Source: Eledone cirrhosa | Taxonomy: Eukaryota | Direction of reading: 5' to 3' | DNA: 64,000 nt | NCBI GenBank assembly: GCA_964016885.1 | Contig: OZ024745.1 | Coordinates: 111,290,001-111,354,000 of the forward strand | The notes under the pieces: generated by a model | Databases searched by the model: none | What the model saw: only the letters and a program-made list of their open reading frames with translations | Told to the model about the DNA's origin: nothing | Made by a program: the position numbers and the translations under genes | Part shown: one piece after another, positions 26,651 through 39,904 of the stretch | Numbering within the stretch: the stretch's first letter is position 1 | Layout of the letters: each line of letters starts with the position of its first letter

Positions 26651-26658
<8 letters not shown>
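26508..26658. mobile_element. Small inverted-repeat element in a (TA)n tract
   Basis: 34-bp perfect IR: ATATTGTTATACTTTGGGAGGGTCATGTTGCCAA / TTGGCAACATGACCCTCCCAAAGTATAACAATAT, with a one-sided extension back to ~26452. Confidence 0.7.
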
Positions 26659-26696
<38 letters not shown>

Positions 26697-26699
26697 GTA

Positions 26700-26775
<76 letters not shown>

Positions 26776-26835
26776 CATATATATATATACATATATACAT
26801 ATATATATACTTATATATATATATATATACATATA

Positions 26836-26912
<77 letters not shown>

Positions 26913-26998
26913 ATACATATATATATATACATATAAATATATATACATATATATATATACATATACATATATATACATATACATATATATACATATAC

Positions 26999-27032
<34 letters not shown>

Positions 27033-27050
27033 ATACATATATACATATAC

Positions 27051-27127
<77 letters not shown>

Positions 27128-27153
27128 TATAAATATATATACATATATATACA

Positions 27154-27187
<34 letters not shown>

Positions 27188-27190
27188 CAT
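26655..27190. repeat. Long (TA)/(TACA) microsatellite
   Basis: Direct reading. Confidence 0.95.
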
Positions 27191-28741
27191 TACATAACTA
27201 TTAAGCTCTGTTACCTACATAGAGCACTCTTTTTTCCTCGACTTTTCCGACGGAATTACTTCATTTATATATATATATATATATATATACACATGCATAT
27301 ATATATATACACACACACATATATATATATACATATATATAAATATATATATATGTGTGTGTACAGATTATTTCCCTGAGAATCTTTGACAAAAGGGGGG
27401 GGGGGGGTATGTTATTAGACATACACAGCTTTGATAGTTTACAAGTGAAGGTGAATACTTTAGCATTGTAATTAGGTATGCACGTGTTCTGTTAATGTAT
27501 GTCTATTTGCGCATTGTGTATGTGTGTATGTGTGATTATGTGTATGTGTATGTGTATGTATATGAGTGCGTGTATGCAGGTGGCGGAAGAAAGTATGATT
27601 GACGAGAACATTTGCTGGAATTTGTGTACATATAACTAGTGAAAAAAAAAAAAAAATTAGAATGCCAGGTATGTTATGAATGATTAGAGGAATATGATGG
27701 GACTGAAGTGAGAGTTTGGGCTGTTATGTAGTTTATTAAAACAGAACTGGAGATCACTGTTGACTGCTTGGCACTCCCATCTAGCGTTCAGAAAATTTGA
27801 ACTTACTGAAGACTGGAATGTGGGAGGGTGTAAATTTGTTGCAAAGTTCCACCAGAACAAATGTATTGAAAGAAAGAAGGCATAAAAGAAAGAGAGGTGG
27901 GAAGTGTATGTAAATATAGTCTGAAGGACAATGAAAATAGCCACTCTTAAAAAAAAAAAGAGAGACTAATGTTACAGATTTAGGGAAATTGTTTTTGAGA
28001 ATCCTGAGAATGAATGCAAATTCTTCAACCACAACTCCAAGACAGTAAAAAAGAACAAATACACAGACAAAATAATTTAATGCCCCTAAGAGGAACAGTT
28101 AGCTTCCTCAGTTAAGGAATAAAGATACACTAGTTATATTAGCTTTAACAGCAAGACAAATGACACAAAGGAGGAGGAGAAGGAGGGGGAAAAGAAGAGG
28201 GATAATGATGATGAGGAGGGTAGAAGGGGGAAAGGAGAGGGAGGAAGGAAGGAAGGAAGGAAGCGGGGGGGAAAGAGATGAGAAAAGGGCGGATGGATGA
28301 GATCATTCAGTTATCTCAGCCTCATATGGGGTGACACAAGAGGACAGTGAAACATCTATCTCTGCATTCTGAGTTCAAATTCCACTTTGCCTTTCATCCT
28401 TTCACAGTCAATAAAGAAAATACCAACCCAGTACTAATGCAGCCTGCAGCACTACCCTCTCTCTTCCTAGTTTTCACATCCTGGATGTCCAACTGGACCA
28501 AAGGAAGGAAAGAAGGAAGGTTGAGATGGTGCCTGTGTCTGCTCATGACTACACAGGCACCTGAAAACCTTCACAAAAGCATGATGCATATTACAAAGTC
28601 ATTCTTCATAGCAAGTGATGGCTGCCAACAACTGAAATGCTTTGTTAAACTACATGAAAACAAAGTAAGTAGTTCTTTGTGCTGTGAAAAGATTTGTACT
28701 TTGGTGTTGCTCTCGAAATTCTTCAATCTTCCATTCCCCGC

Positions 28742-29051
28742 TGCCACCACCACCACCACCACCACCACCACCATCACCACCACCACCATCACCACCACCA
28801 CCACCACCACCATCACCACCACCACCACCACCACCATCACCACCACCACCACCACCACCACCACCACCACCTCCACACATTAGAAAAACCTCAGCCAATG
28901 TAACGAAGTAAGGAAGTAAGAATTTACCTTTTTGCTTTTTTAATTATTATCATCATCATCATTATTATTATTATTAATAATGGTGGTGGTGGTGGTGGTA
29001 GTAGTAGTAGTAGTGGTTGTGGTGGTAGTGGTGGTGGTGGTGGTGGTGGTG

Positions 29052-29124
<73 letters not shown>

Positions 29125-29159
29125 CAGCAGTAGTAGTAGTAGTGGAGGTGGTGGTGGTT

Positions 29160-29209
<50 letters not shown>

Positions 29210-29262
29210 GGTGGTGGTGGTGGTGGTGGTGGTGGTGGTGGTGGTGGTGGTAGTAGTAGTAG
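28742..29262. repeat. (CAC)n followed by (GGT)/(AGT)n trinucleotide tracts
   Basis: Direct reading. Confidence 0.95.
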
Positions 29263-29394
29263 TTTTTCTTTAAATTAATGTCATGCTTCATATAGAAAGA
29301 GTCTGCCAAAATCTAGAGATAATTTTTATGAATACAGTATGAAAATATGTTCAATCAGTAGTGATTGAGAACTTCCTGTTGCTCAAGCAGAGCA

Positions 29395-29444
<50 letters not shown>

Positions 29445-29546
29445 TGAAACACTTGGGCAATGCATGCAGTACATAAACAAAATGTCTGTTTATGTATATA
29501 TACACATGCATAAATGAATATTGGTGTCTGTGTGCATGTGCATACT

Positions 29547-29604
<58 letters not shown>

Positions 29605-30109
29605 ATGGTGGCTGCCAACTCATTTTCGAGTACGGCCACTACTTTATATCCATGTAGGAGAACCCCTACCGATGCACTGAACGAGTGTGACTTTTTAGTC
29701 CAGCCAGCGACTTGAAAACTCTGGTACAAACACTACACTTGTGACAATTATTGACACATAGTGCTGGTACCATGGTACCATGTGACGACAAGTGCAGAGA
29801 GATCTCCAGATATAAAGCAATGCCTGTGCCGTGAAGCTTTTACAACGAGCAAAGGCACTGCACAAAGCCAGTCCCACTCTCTTAACCAAAAAGAAGAACA
29901 AGTCAACATCATTGGATACCATCAGGGTTGTAGGTGTTATATCAGAGTTTTCCTTCTCCTAGAATTCTGCCTTGACAAAGGCTAAGGGGTCATCTCTCCT
30001 GGTGATTTTGCCCTTTGACAGGTTTTGTTTTTAGTCCTGCAGGATGTCCAAAGTCACCCTCCTCACCAATATATATATACATATACATACACATATACAT
30101 ATATATATA

Positions 30110-30489
30110 TAAAGTGAAACCTACTACAGTCAGTAGGCTCCTCTAACAAAATACACACCCGTCCCACTACCCCGACCCCATCCACACCACCCCTTTCAAT
30201 GTAAAGTTATGTTGGTACCACAACATCCAGTCCAAAACAAATGAGGTCGTGTAGGTGTCACGACAAAAAAACACACAGTCCACGCTGTAATGTGGCCGTG
30301 TAGGTAACACGGTAAAAACCTCCCAGTCCACACTGTAAACGTGGTTGGTGTTAGGAAGGACATCCAGCCGTAGAAAACCCGCCAGACAGTCCTGAGCAAG
30401 ACAACCAATCTTACCTCAAGTGGGACAATTCCCGTCCAGACCCATGCTAGCGTGGAAGATGGACGTTAAACGATGATGATGATGATGAT
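30110..30489 (+). mobile_element. RTE 3'UTR fragment with (GAT)n tail
   Basis: Matches 25810-26200. Confidence 0.85.
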
Positions 30490-30618
30490 ATATACATATA
30501 CATTCACACATATATACATATACATACACACATATACATATACACATATAGAGACACACACATATATATACATACAGACACACACACACACACATATATA
30601 TATATACATTACATACAA

Positions 30619-30651
<33 letters not shown>

Positions 30652-30819
30652 ATCATCCTCTCATCGTTTAATGTCTATCTTCCACATTAGCATGGGTTGG
30701 ACACGTTTTGTCCCACTTGAGGCGAGATTGGTCGGGAGACCATGTCTCGCTTGTACAGAACTGTTTCTGGCAGATTTTCTATGGCTGAATGCCCTTCCTA
30801 ACATCAACCACATTTACAC

Positions 30820-32216
30820 TGTGGACTGGGAGCCTTTTTACCATGTCTCCTACATGACCACTTTACAGTGTGGACTGGGTGCTTTTTGTCGTGTCACCTA
30901 CACGACCACTTTACAGTGTGGACTGGGTGCTTTTTGTCGTGTCACCTACACGACTACTTTACAGTGTGGACTGGGTGCTTTTTGTCGTGTCACCTACACG
31001 ACCACTTTACAGTGTGGACTGAGTGCTTTTTGTCGTGTCACCTACACGACTACTTTACATTGTGGACTGGGTGCTTTTTGTCGTGTCACCTACACGACCA
31101 CTTTACAGTGTGGACTGAGTGCTTTTTGTCGTGTCACCTACACGACTACTTTACATTGTGGACTGGGTGCTTTTTGTCGTGTCACCTACACGACCACTTT
31201 ACAGTGTGGACTGAGTGCTTTTTGTCGTGTCACCTACACGACTACTTTACATTGTGGACTGGGTGCTTTTTGTCGTGTCACCTACACGACCACTTTACAG
31301 TGTGGACTGAGTGCTTTTTGTCGTGTCACCTACACGACTACTTTACATTGTGGACTGGGTGCTTTTTGTCGTGTCACCTACACGACCACTTTACAGTGTG
31401 GACTGAGTGCTTTTTGTCGTGTCACCTACACGACTACTTTACATTGTGGACTGGGTGCTTTTTGTCGTGTCACCTACACGACTACTTTACAGTGTGGACT
31501 GGGTGCTTTTTGTCGTGTCACCTACACGACTACTTTACAGTGTGGACTGGGTGCTTTTTGTCGTGTCACCTACACGACCACTCTACAGTGTGGACTGGGT
31601 GCTTTTTGTCGTGTCACCTACACGACCACTTTACAGTGTGGACTGGGTGCTTTTTGTCGTGTCACCTACACGACCACTTTACAGTGTGGACTGGGTGCTT
31701 TTTGTCGTGTCACCTACACGACCACTTTACAGTGTGGACTGGGTGCTTTTTGCCGTGTCACCTACACGACCACTTTACAGTGTGGACTGGGTGCTTTTTG
31801 TCGTGTCACCTACACGACTACTTTACAGTGTGGACTGGGTGCTTTTTGTCGTGTCACCTACACGACTACTTTACAGTGTGGACTGGGTGCTTTTTGTCGT
31901 GTCACCTACACGACCACTTTACAGTGTGGACTGGGTGCTTTTTGTCGTGTCACCTACACGACTACTTTACAGTGTGGACTGGGTGCTTTTTGTCGTGTCA
32001 CCTACACGACCACTTTACAGTGTGGACTGGGTGCTTTTTGTCGTGTCACCTACACGACTACTTTACAGTGTGGACTGGGTGCTTTTTGTCGTGTCACCTA
32101 CACGACCACTTTACCGTGTGGACTGGGTGCTTTTTGTCGTGTCACCTACACGACCACTTTACATTGTGGACTGGGTGCTTTTTGTCGTGTCACCTACACG
32201 ACCACTTTACAGTGGA
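30820..32216. repeat. 48-bp tandem array (~29 units) expanded inside an RTE 3'UTR copy (~30660-32290, minus)
   Basis: Unit CAGTGTGGACTGGGTGCTTTTTGTCGTGTCACCTACACGACCACTTTA; both flanks match the RTE 3'UTR. Confidence 0.95.
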
Positions 32217-32484
32217 CAGAAATGGGAGGATGGAGTAGGGATGTGAGGTGGGGTGTATATTGGGTTAAGTGGTGCCTACTGACTGTATGTTTAAGTTTGT
32301 ACATATATATACAGGTAAAATACCATTATAATGAATACCATTATAACAAATTTTTCAGTATAACGAACATTTTTTTCAATCCCTGGCCATATGTTTGATG
32401 TGTTAAGTCGATCTCATTATAAAGAATTTTTTGTTACAACAAATTTGTTTAATACCCTGTGAATTTCGTTATAATGGAATTTCA

Positions 32485-32571
<87 letters not shown>

Positions 32572-32617
32572 TGCGTGTGTATGTGTATATTTATATATAA
32601 GTGTGTGTGTGTTTATG

Positions 32618-32650
<33 letters not shown>

Positions 32651-33694
32651 ATATATATATAAACACACACACATATATATATACATAAACACACATACAC
32701 ATATATATATACACATACACACGCATCTGTCTCTGTGTATGTATGTGTGTATGTACACATAATTCCAGAAAAAATATATGTAATACCACTCTTTTTTTTT
32801 AAACTTAATATGTACACCTTCATTGATTTTTAGTTTGTTCCATTTACATTAGTATATATTTCATACCTTATATCTCCAGTCTAATCTTGGGACCTGTTTG
32901 TAGACATTGCATATACATTATTGATGGATTTTTAATAATATTTACAAAAATGTATATAAAAGAGCCTTCTTTAATCATGACACACCATCTGATTGCACCT
33001 GGAAAGATCATCCATACATACATAAAGTGCAGGCCTGAATGGGGTTGGGTCTTGTTGTTGCTGTTGTTTGTGTGGAAGACCAACAGTTGCTCGTACTTGA
33101 ATGTCTCCTCTCTCCATATCAAGAAATGTTGTCCAAGAGAAAGACAAGGACCGATATAGCTTGTCACTTGTGATGCCACAGGTGAAGTCAGAATGCAGAG
33201 GTAAGGCAGAAAGCGATACCACCAAGCATTATAACTGGTACTCTAACAATTCTGCCACTCTGGTTTAGTACTTTATTTGTCACAAAAGGATAAAAAGTCA
33301 AAGTTAAACAAAGAAAAAAATACCACAAAGCACTTAAATTGATGCCCAAATTATTTTACCATTCCATGCTGGGCTTGCCTATGAGTTAAATAAGCTATAG
33401 GTTAGGGACACACACCCTTAGGAACCTTGTTTTTTTTTAATATAATTTTAATTATTAGTTTTTATTTGTTAACACTAAACCATCAAACAACATTAATATA
33501 AAAAATGATAATGTATGATTATTTAAAATTGTTTTACCCCATTTTTTTAGAGAAGGGCCACAAATTTCATAGAGCTTAGGGGCTCAGTAGGTGAAAGTCC
33601 AGCCATGCTACCAATATATGCATATATATATATATTTAATATAGAAATGGCTTCTACAGGACTTGAACTGTTTCATTCAAAGGAAATCATCAGC

Positions 33695-33748
33695 TGGCTT
33701 TCCTGATGATTTCCTTCGAATGAAAGAGTTCTAGTCCTGTAGAAGCCA
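33695..33748 (+). ncRNA. Type I hammerhead ribozyme in fold-back element ~33633-33838
   Basis: TGGCTTTC-CTGATGA-TTTC CTTC GAAT-GAAA-GAG TTCTAGTC CTG-TA^-GAAGCCA. One stem III mismatch in this arm; the mirror arm keeps GAAACAG. Confidence 0.75.
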
Positions 33749-34339
33749 TTTCTATATTAAATATTCTGCTATATTAAATATACACTGCTATGTATTGAGT
33801 ACCTTACTTACTGTGGTTACCCCCCCAATTGAACCCATGATATATATATATATATATATACTACATATTTTATGTCAATGAGTGGTAGCTAGTTGCAGTA
33901 CAAGTTTTTGCTAATTGTGAGCAGCCACTAAGTGAAACTTATATTCCAAGTAACTGTCATTTATTGTTATGAAATAAATTATCTCATTTTACTCTCCATA
34001 TAGAAAGCATTGAATTGGCAGTATCGGTAGAGGGTCGGACGCCATGCTTTGACGTATAGTTACGGCCCTTGCCATTCTGAGTTCAAATCCCGCCGAGGTT
34101 AACTTTGCCTTTCATCCTTACGGGGTCGATAAAATAAAGTACCAGTAATCTACTGGGTAATTGCTGGCCTTGTGCCAAAAGTAGAAACAATTATTAGATA
34201 ATGTTTGCAACCTGATAACTATAAATAATGGTTGAATAAATACCTTATTTATTCAACTGTTATTATAGTTATCTGCATTCTGGCAACTATATTTCCATGT
34301 GTGTGTGTGTATTTGCCAGTGTACTTAGTGTCACGAATG

Positions 34340-35412
34340 ATCAAAAAAAGGAGGCCTGGAAATGTCATTATGAGAGACTGATGAATGTGGAGAACGAATG
34401 AGAGAGAGAGAAATTACCCCCAGTAGATCCGACAGAGGGACCAGCTATTGAGATTGACAAATATAGGGTACAAGAGGCAATTAAGGAAATGAAGAATGGT
34501 AAGGCTGCTGGACTGTCGGGGATAGTTGCTGAGATGCTGAAGGCATCAGGAGAAGTAGACACTAAACTAGTTGCACAGGACAATACTCTGATTCTATCAG
34601 GGAAATGGCCATGTTCGATATGTAGGAAAGGATCTGGCATAAATTCCATAAAATGTATGCAATGCAGATCTTGGGTACACAAGAAATGTAGTGGGATAGC
34701 AGGCAAACTAACAGATAGGGAAAACTACGTATGCAGTAGATATACAGGGAAAGTTGGCATTAGTAATCCCAGAGATAGACACATTTTTCTATAGAAGTGG
34801 TTGATAGCTTCCGGTACCTAGGTGATCAGATTAGCATGGGAGGGGGGTGTTCCGAGGCCATAGTATCTAGAATAAGGATGGGTTGGAAGAAGTTTAGGGA
34901 GCTGCTTCATCTGACGAAGAAGGGTTTCTCCCTGCGTACGAAAGGACGGTTATATGATGCCTGTGTGAGATGCGCAATGCTGCATGGTAGTGAGACATAG
35001 GCAGCAACTGCAGAGGATATGCGACGGTTGGAGAGAATTGAAGCAAATATGCTCCGTTGGATGTGCAATGTCAATATGCATGAACGACCAAGCATGGACG
35101 AGTTGAGAAAGAAACTGGGTATAAGAGGGATAAGTTGTGGTGTGCAGGAGAGAAGGCTGAGATGGTATGGACATGTGATGCGCATGGAGGATGACTGCTA
35201 GGTAAAGAAGTGCCAAGAAATCCCAGTAGAAGGAAGACACAGTAGAGGTAGACCACGAAAAACATGGGCGGAGGTGGTGAAAGCAGACCTCCGATCGCTG
35301 AAACTCACCGAGGAGATGACGAAGGACCGTGACAAGTGGAGAGATGCTGAATAGGACCCGTCCAGCCCTTGCAAGCAGGGAAAAGTGGACGTAAAATGAT
35401 GATGATGATGAT
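34340..35412 (+). mobile_element. RTE-type LINE remnant with internal RT deletion and a PHD-like Cys cluster
   Basis: MKNGKAAG..GIVAEML joined directly to KWPCSICRKG..CMQCRSWVHKKCSG, then VDSFRYLGDQ...RLRWYGHVMR; stops and frameshifts; (GAT)n tail. Confidence 0.85.
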
Positions 35413-36979
35413 GTATGTATGTATATGTGTGTGAAAGTATATACCTGTGTGTGTGTGTGTGTGTGTGTCCTTACATATATGCAGATATATAATTGTTTGT
35501 ATGCTTTGATAGTATAGTGGTGATATGATAAACACACACGTGTACAATTTCCACATTGAGTAAACAACTCTGTGCTTAAATGAGTGGAAGAACTAATCTG
35601 AAGGTGAATATTGTCTGAAACCAAAAGCAATGTAACTTACAGAAACACACACACACATATACATATATATATATATATGTATATGTGTGTGTGTACATAT
35701 ATATACATATATATATATACACACACATACACACAAATATACACATAACTACGTATATGTATTATCAGATATTCTTTAATTTCCAGTGTTATTTTTGGTA
35801 CAGAAGTGAAGCAGGAAGAGTTAGGCAATATGCCAGTGGGTAGGAAATGAACTCCCATCTCCTCACCTACAAGTCTATACTTTATTCACTTGGTCATTTA
35901 GATGCCTCAGAATGCTTAATGGAAGCCAGTTATAATAAAGATTCCAACCAGATTATCCAATGTTGTTTTTTAGCTGTCCATTCAATAAAACACACACCCA
36001 CACATCTGAAGTCTTCTTAGAATATTTAATGAATTTAAATAAAATATAGTGTTTTTTTCTTTAAATTCTACTGGCCAGATTACCAAATGTTTTTAGCTAT
36101 CCATTTAGAAAAAAAAACATATCAAAACTACTTAGAATATATTATACAATATAAATAAATAATTTTTTTTTTTTTTTCTAACTATACTAGCCAGATTATA
36201 AAATTTTGCATTTAGCTTTTCATTCATATAAAGTTGCTGTAAATCTGAACGTACTGCTCAGAACAAAACATTCCCTCCACCCACACACACATCACCATTA
36301 CCATAATCACTATCACTTTGAAATGGTATTATGCAACAGAAAAAAAATTCATTTATATCAGGTAAATAAATACATATATTTATGTTTATAATGTATATTT
36401 TCAATACAAAAGTCAATTCGATACTTTTATGGCATTTAAAATAATATGTTATCTTTGGATTGGCAGTATTGGTAGAGCATCAGATACTATGCTTTGCAGC
36501 AGAGAGTTATGGCCCTTTACGTTTTGAGTTCAAATCCCACCAAGGATAACTTTGCCATTCACCCTTATGGGTTCAATAAAATAAAGTACCAGTAATGCAC
36601 TGGAGTAATTGCTGGCCTTGTGCCAAAAGTAGAAACAATTATCTTCATGTTCATGGTTAGCATAGGCTAAACAATGCAATCATTACAAGTGTGCCTATTT
36701 TGATACTCATTAAAATAGACCCAACAGCCAAATAGGTTTTCATTCATTAACCCTTTCATTATCATATTTTTAATAAATTACACTGTCTATGGGTTTTACA
36801 GCAGTCAAATATTTGGAGGGGTTTAATAAAATAAGTAGCTGTTTCATTAATAAGCTGATATTTAGAACATCACTTAACAAACATTTCTTAAATAAAATCC
36901 TGATAGAATAATTTAATATAAGTATGAACATTTGAATATGGGAAGTTTTGTATCACTAGAATTTCTTTCAACACGCTGA

Positions 36980-37018
<39 letters not shown>

Positions 37019-38519
37019 ATATGCATACATTTATATGTATGAGCAAACACAGGCACACTTACAAAAATACACATTCACAAAAATGCACACACACAAATAC
37101 ACATACATTCACACAAACTGTTTTGCAATTGTTTTTTCACCATCCCCTTCCTGATGGGCATAAATCACTCAAATTTATATATAGAAAAACCAAGTGTGGT
37201 TTCAGGTGGTTGGGCATCAAATGGGTTAATACTATACTCCATCCTATGATATACCACACCCTTCCGCAACCTCTTCTTGTGTTACTTTAATGGTTTCTGC
37301 TTTTCTGGATTTGTCAGTTCTATACCATGTACATAAACATCTTTGGTACACTTCTCTTTCATCATTCCAACTGTGTCTTATATGAAACACTTCATCTAAT
37401 CATTCCTTCACAGAAGTACAGATCATGTTTTCAAACTGAACATAAACCATAAACTTCCTCTATCCCTAGTCTATATAAGATGTGGTGTGGGCCATGGACA
37501 CTTTAGTTATAGAAAATGTCTAAGTTAGAACAAACTGTAACAATGAATGACTTCATAGTGTTATCTGAGCTGATTTGTCTCACAACGGGACAATTTGTCT
37601 AACCCATGCTAGCATGGAAAAAATGGACATTAAATGGTGATGATAATGATGATGGTGTATAATTTATGAATGGATAAAGGTATAGCTTTTTTTTAATGCC
37701 GAAAGTTGTAAATTATGATAGAGATGTTAGCAACCTAGCAGTCCTTGTTGGAGACGCTTTTCAATATAAATATATTAATATATTTTCCTTATTTTGAACA
37801 TGAGAAGTTTCAGGTGAAGAACCTGCCAAGTTACTACTAAGTCTCCAAAAGATAACTAAAGATCTCATCAACAATATGCTCAAATTTACATCAATTTTAT
37901 CTAAAGAAAATGCATATATAAGTTGTTTAGGATGTTCATCAGGATATTATATTAACATACTTACACCTACATATACTGATTAGTACAAATATACACCTGC
38001 ATTTCAATACAACTACAATTGTTTGTACATTTAAATATGTATGCATGCAGATATGTAAATATAAACCTGTGCATATTTATATACATAGAGTTCTATCCCT
38101 ACAGAAATATATTAACAAAAAAGCATGTGTGTATATTAGAATGGTTTATGCAGGAATTACTTAATCTCTTGATTCTAAAGAAATGGGAAAGATTACAAAT
38201 AAGACGATGGATTATGTTAGTTTAGGAAAAAATAGATTAATGTATTAAATAGAAAGAGCTGTAGGAGATAAGCTGGTGCAACACAGGTATTTACACACTG
38301 GTGGGAATACATTTTGCAGAAGTATTTAATGAATGGAACCATATATTATGCAAAATGTATTTGCCAATCTACATTCTGTAAATAGGAAATGCAGAAGTTG
38401 GTGTGCATAAAGTTATAGTTTTTAAAGCTGAAGCTAGAATATGGTAAATTGAGTTATAAAAATAATATGGTAGGAGTTATCTAGACATATATAGTATGGT
38501 TTACAAATAAGCAGTGGAG

Positions 38520-39414
38520 GTGGGTTTTCTGAAAGTACAGTAGCCAGAGTGAGAACAGGAAGGAGAAAGTTCAGCAAGCTACAACTGCTGCTAACTACAA
38601 AAGGTTTTTTCCCCTAAAAATGAAGGGCAGATTGTATGATGAGTGTAATATGAACAGTAACGTAGCATGGTAGTGAGACCTGGGACTGTGTGCAAAGGAC
38701 CTGCGAAGATTGGAAAGAAATGAAGCCTGTATTCTCCGATGGATGTGTAATAGTAATAATATACATGAACTGCACAGCGTAAATGAACTGAGAGAGAAAC
38801 TGGGCATAAGAGGGATCAGATACAGTGTGCAGGAGAGGAGATTGTGTTGGTATGGTCATGTGATGAGTATGAAGGATGACAGCTGTATAAAAAAATGCAG
38901 GGCACTCAATATTGATGGAAGCTATGGAGTAGAAAGACTTAAGAAGACTTGGGATGAGGTGATAAAAGCTGACCCTGCACTATTGCACCTCTTATAGGAG
39001 ATTGAAATCTTTGGTGTGATGCAGTAATACAGAAGACCCGCCTTGCCATGTGCATAGGCTGAAGCATACATCTAGTATGCACCCCTTTCCCCTATCCTCC
39101 CTCTTCCATGCACCTCCCCTGCTCTAGTACTCCACACACATCCTAACACCCCACCCTTCACCTACGTCCTTACATTCCCCTGCCCCAGCCAGCAGTCCAC
39201 AGTGTATAAAGTGGTCAGTTTGGTGCCACAACAAAAAGCACCAAGTCCAGAATGTAAAGTGGTCATGTTGGTGGCAAAAAGTGCCCAGCCCATACTAAAA
39301 TGTGATCATTTAGCAAGACATGATCACTTAACCTGACTTGTCTCAAATACAACAACTCGTCTAACCCATGCTAGAATGGAAAAATGGACATTAAACAGTG
39401 ATGATGATGATGAT
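38520..39414 (+). mobile_element. Older RTE-type LINE 3' fragment
   Basis: ERNEACILRWMCN...QERRLCWYGHVM...KTWDEVIK; diverged 3'UTR and (GAT)n tail. Confidence 0.8.
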
Positions 39415-39904
39415 AACTACAAAAACCAAAATCGAGAGAGGTGATGATGATGATATATATGCATATCTCTTTTCCCACAAGAAAGTGGTCTAGTATAAAA
39501 CAATGTAAAGTAAGGTGGCTGAAAATGTCTGTTTTGTTTGTAGAATCATTTAATAGCAAGTATGATGCACCAATCTTCAGCCTTTTCAAATCATATCAGC
39601 CAACTTTCACGAGGAACAACTACTAAGGAATCACATAATTAGACATTAATGAATGACAAACATGAGAAAATATTTAACTTTCTCTCTGTATTTTGATAAT
39701 CAATAAAGTCAGGGATGAATTTATATTGTCTCAAACATTATGTGATGTCTTTATTATAGTCATTGTAAAAGTTTCCATAAGCTATTCATATACTATAAAG
39801 CAATGGTTAACCCTTTTGTTACCATATACCTCATGAAAAACACTGCTAATAATTTTTAATTAATTTTGAAAATAAGCAAATCTTCTAAGGGAATTAACAT
39901 AATA

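Noticed and set aside
26570-27379. Long YI/IY-rich ORFs (and similar at 24.1, 54.4 and 56.0 kb)
   Set aside because: Translations of (TA)n microsatellites.
30671-32398. 575-aa, 456-aa and 279-aa ORFs; CRISPR-like periodicity
   Set aside because: All three frames are open only because the 48-bp unit lacks stops. Units are near-identical with no unique spacers, and the flanks are LINE 3'UTR.
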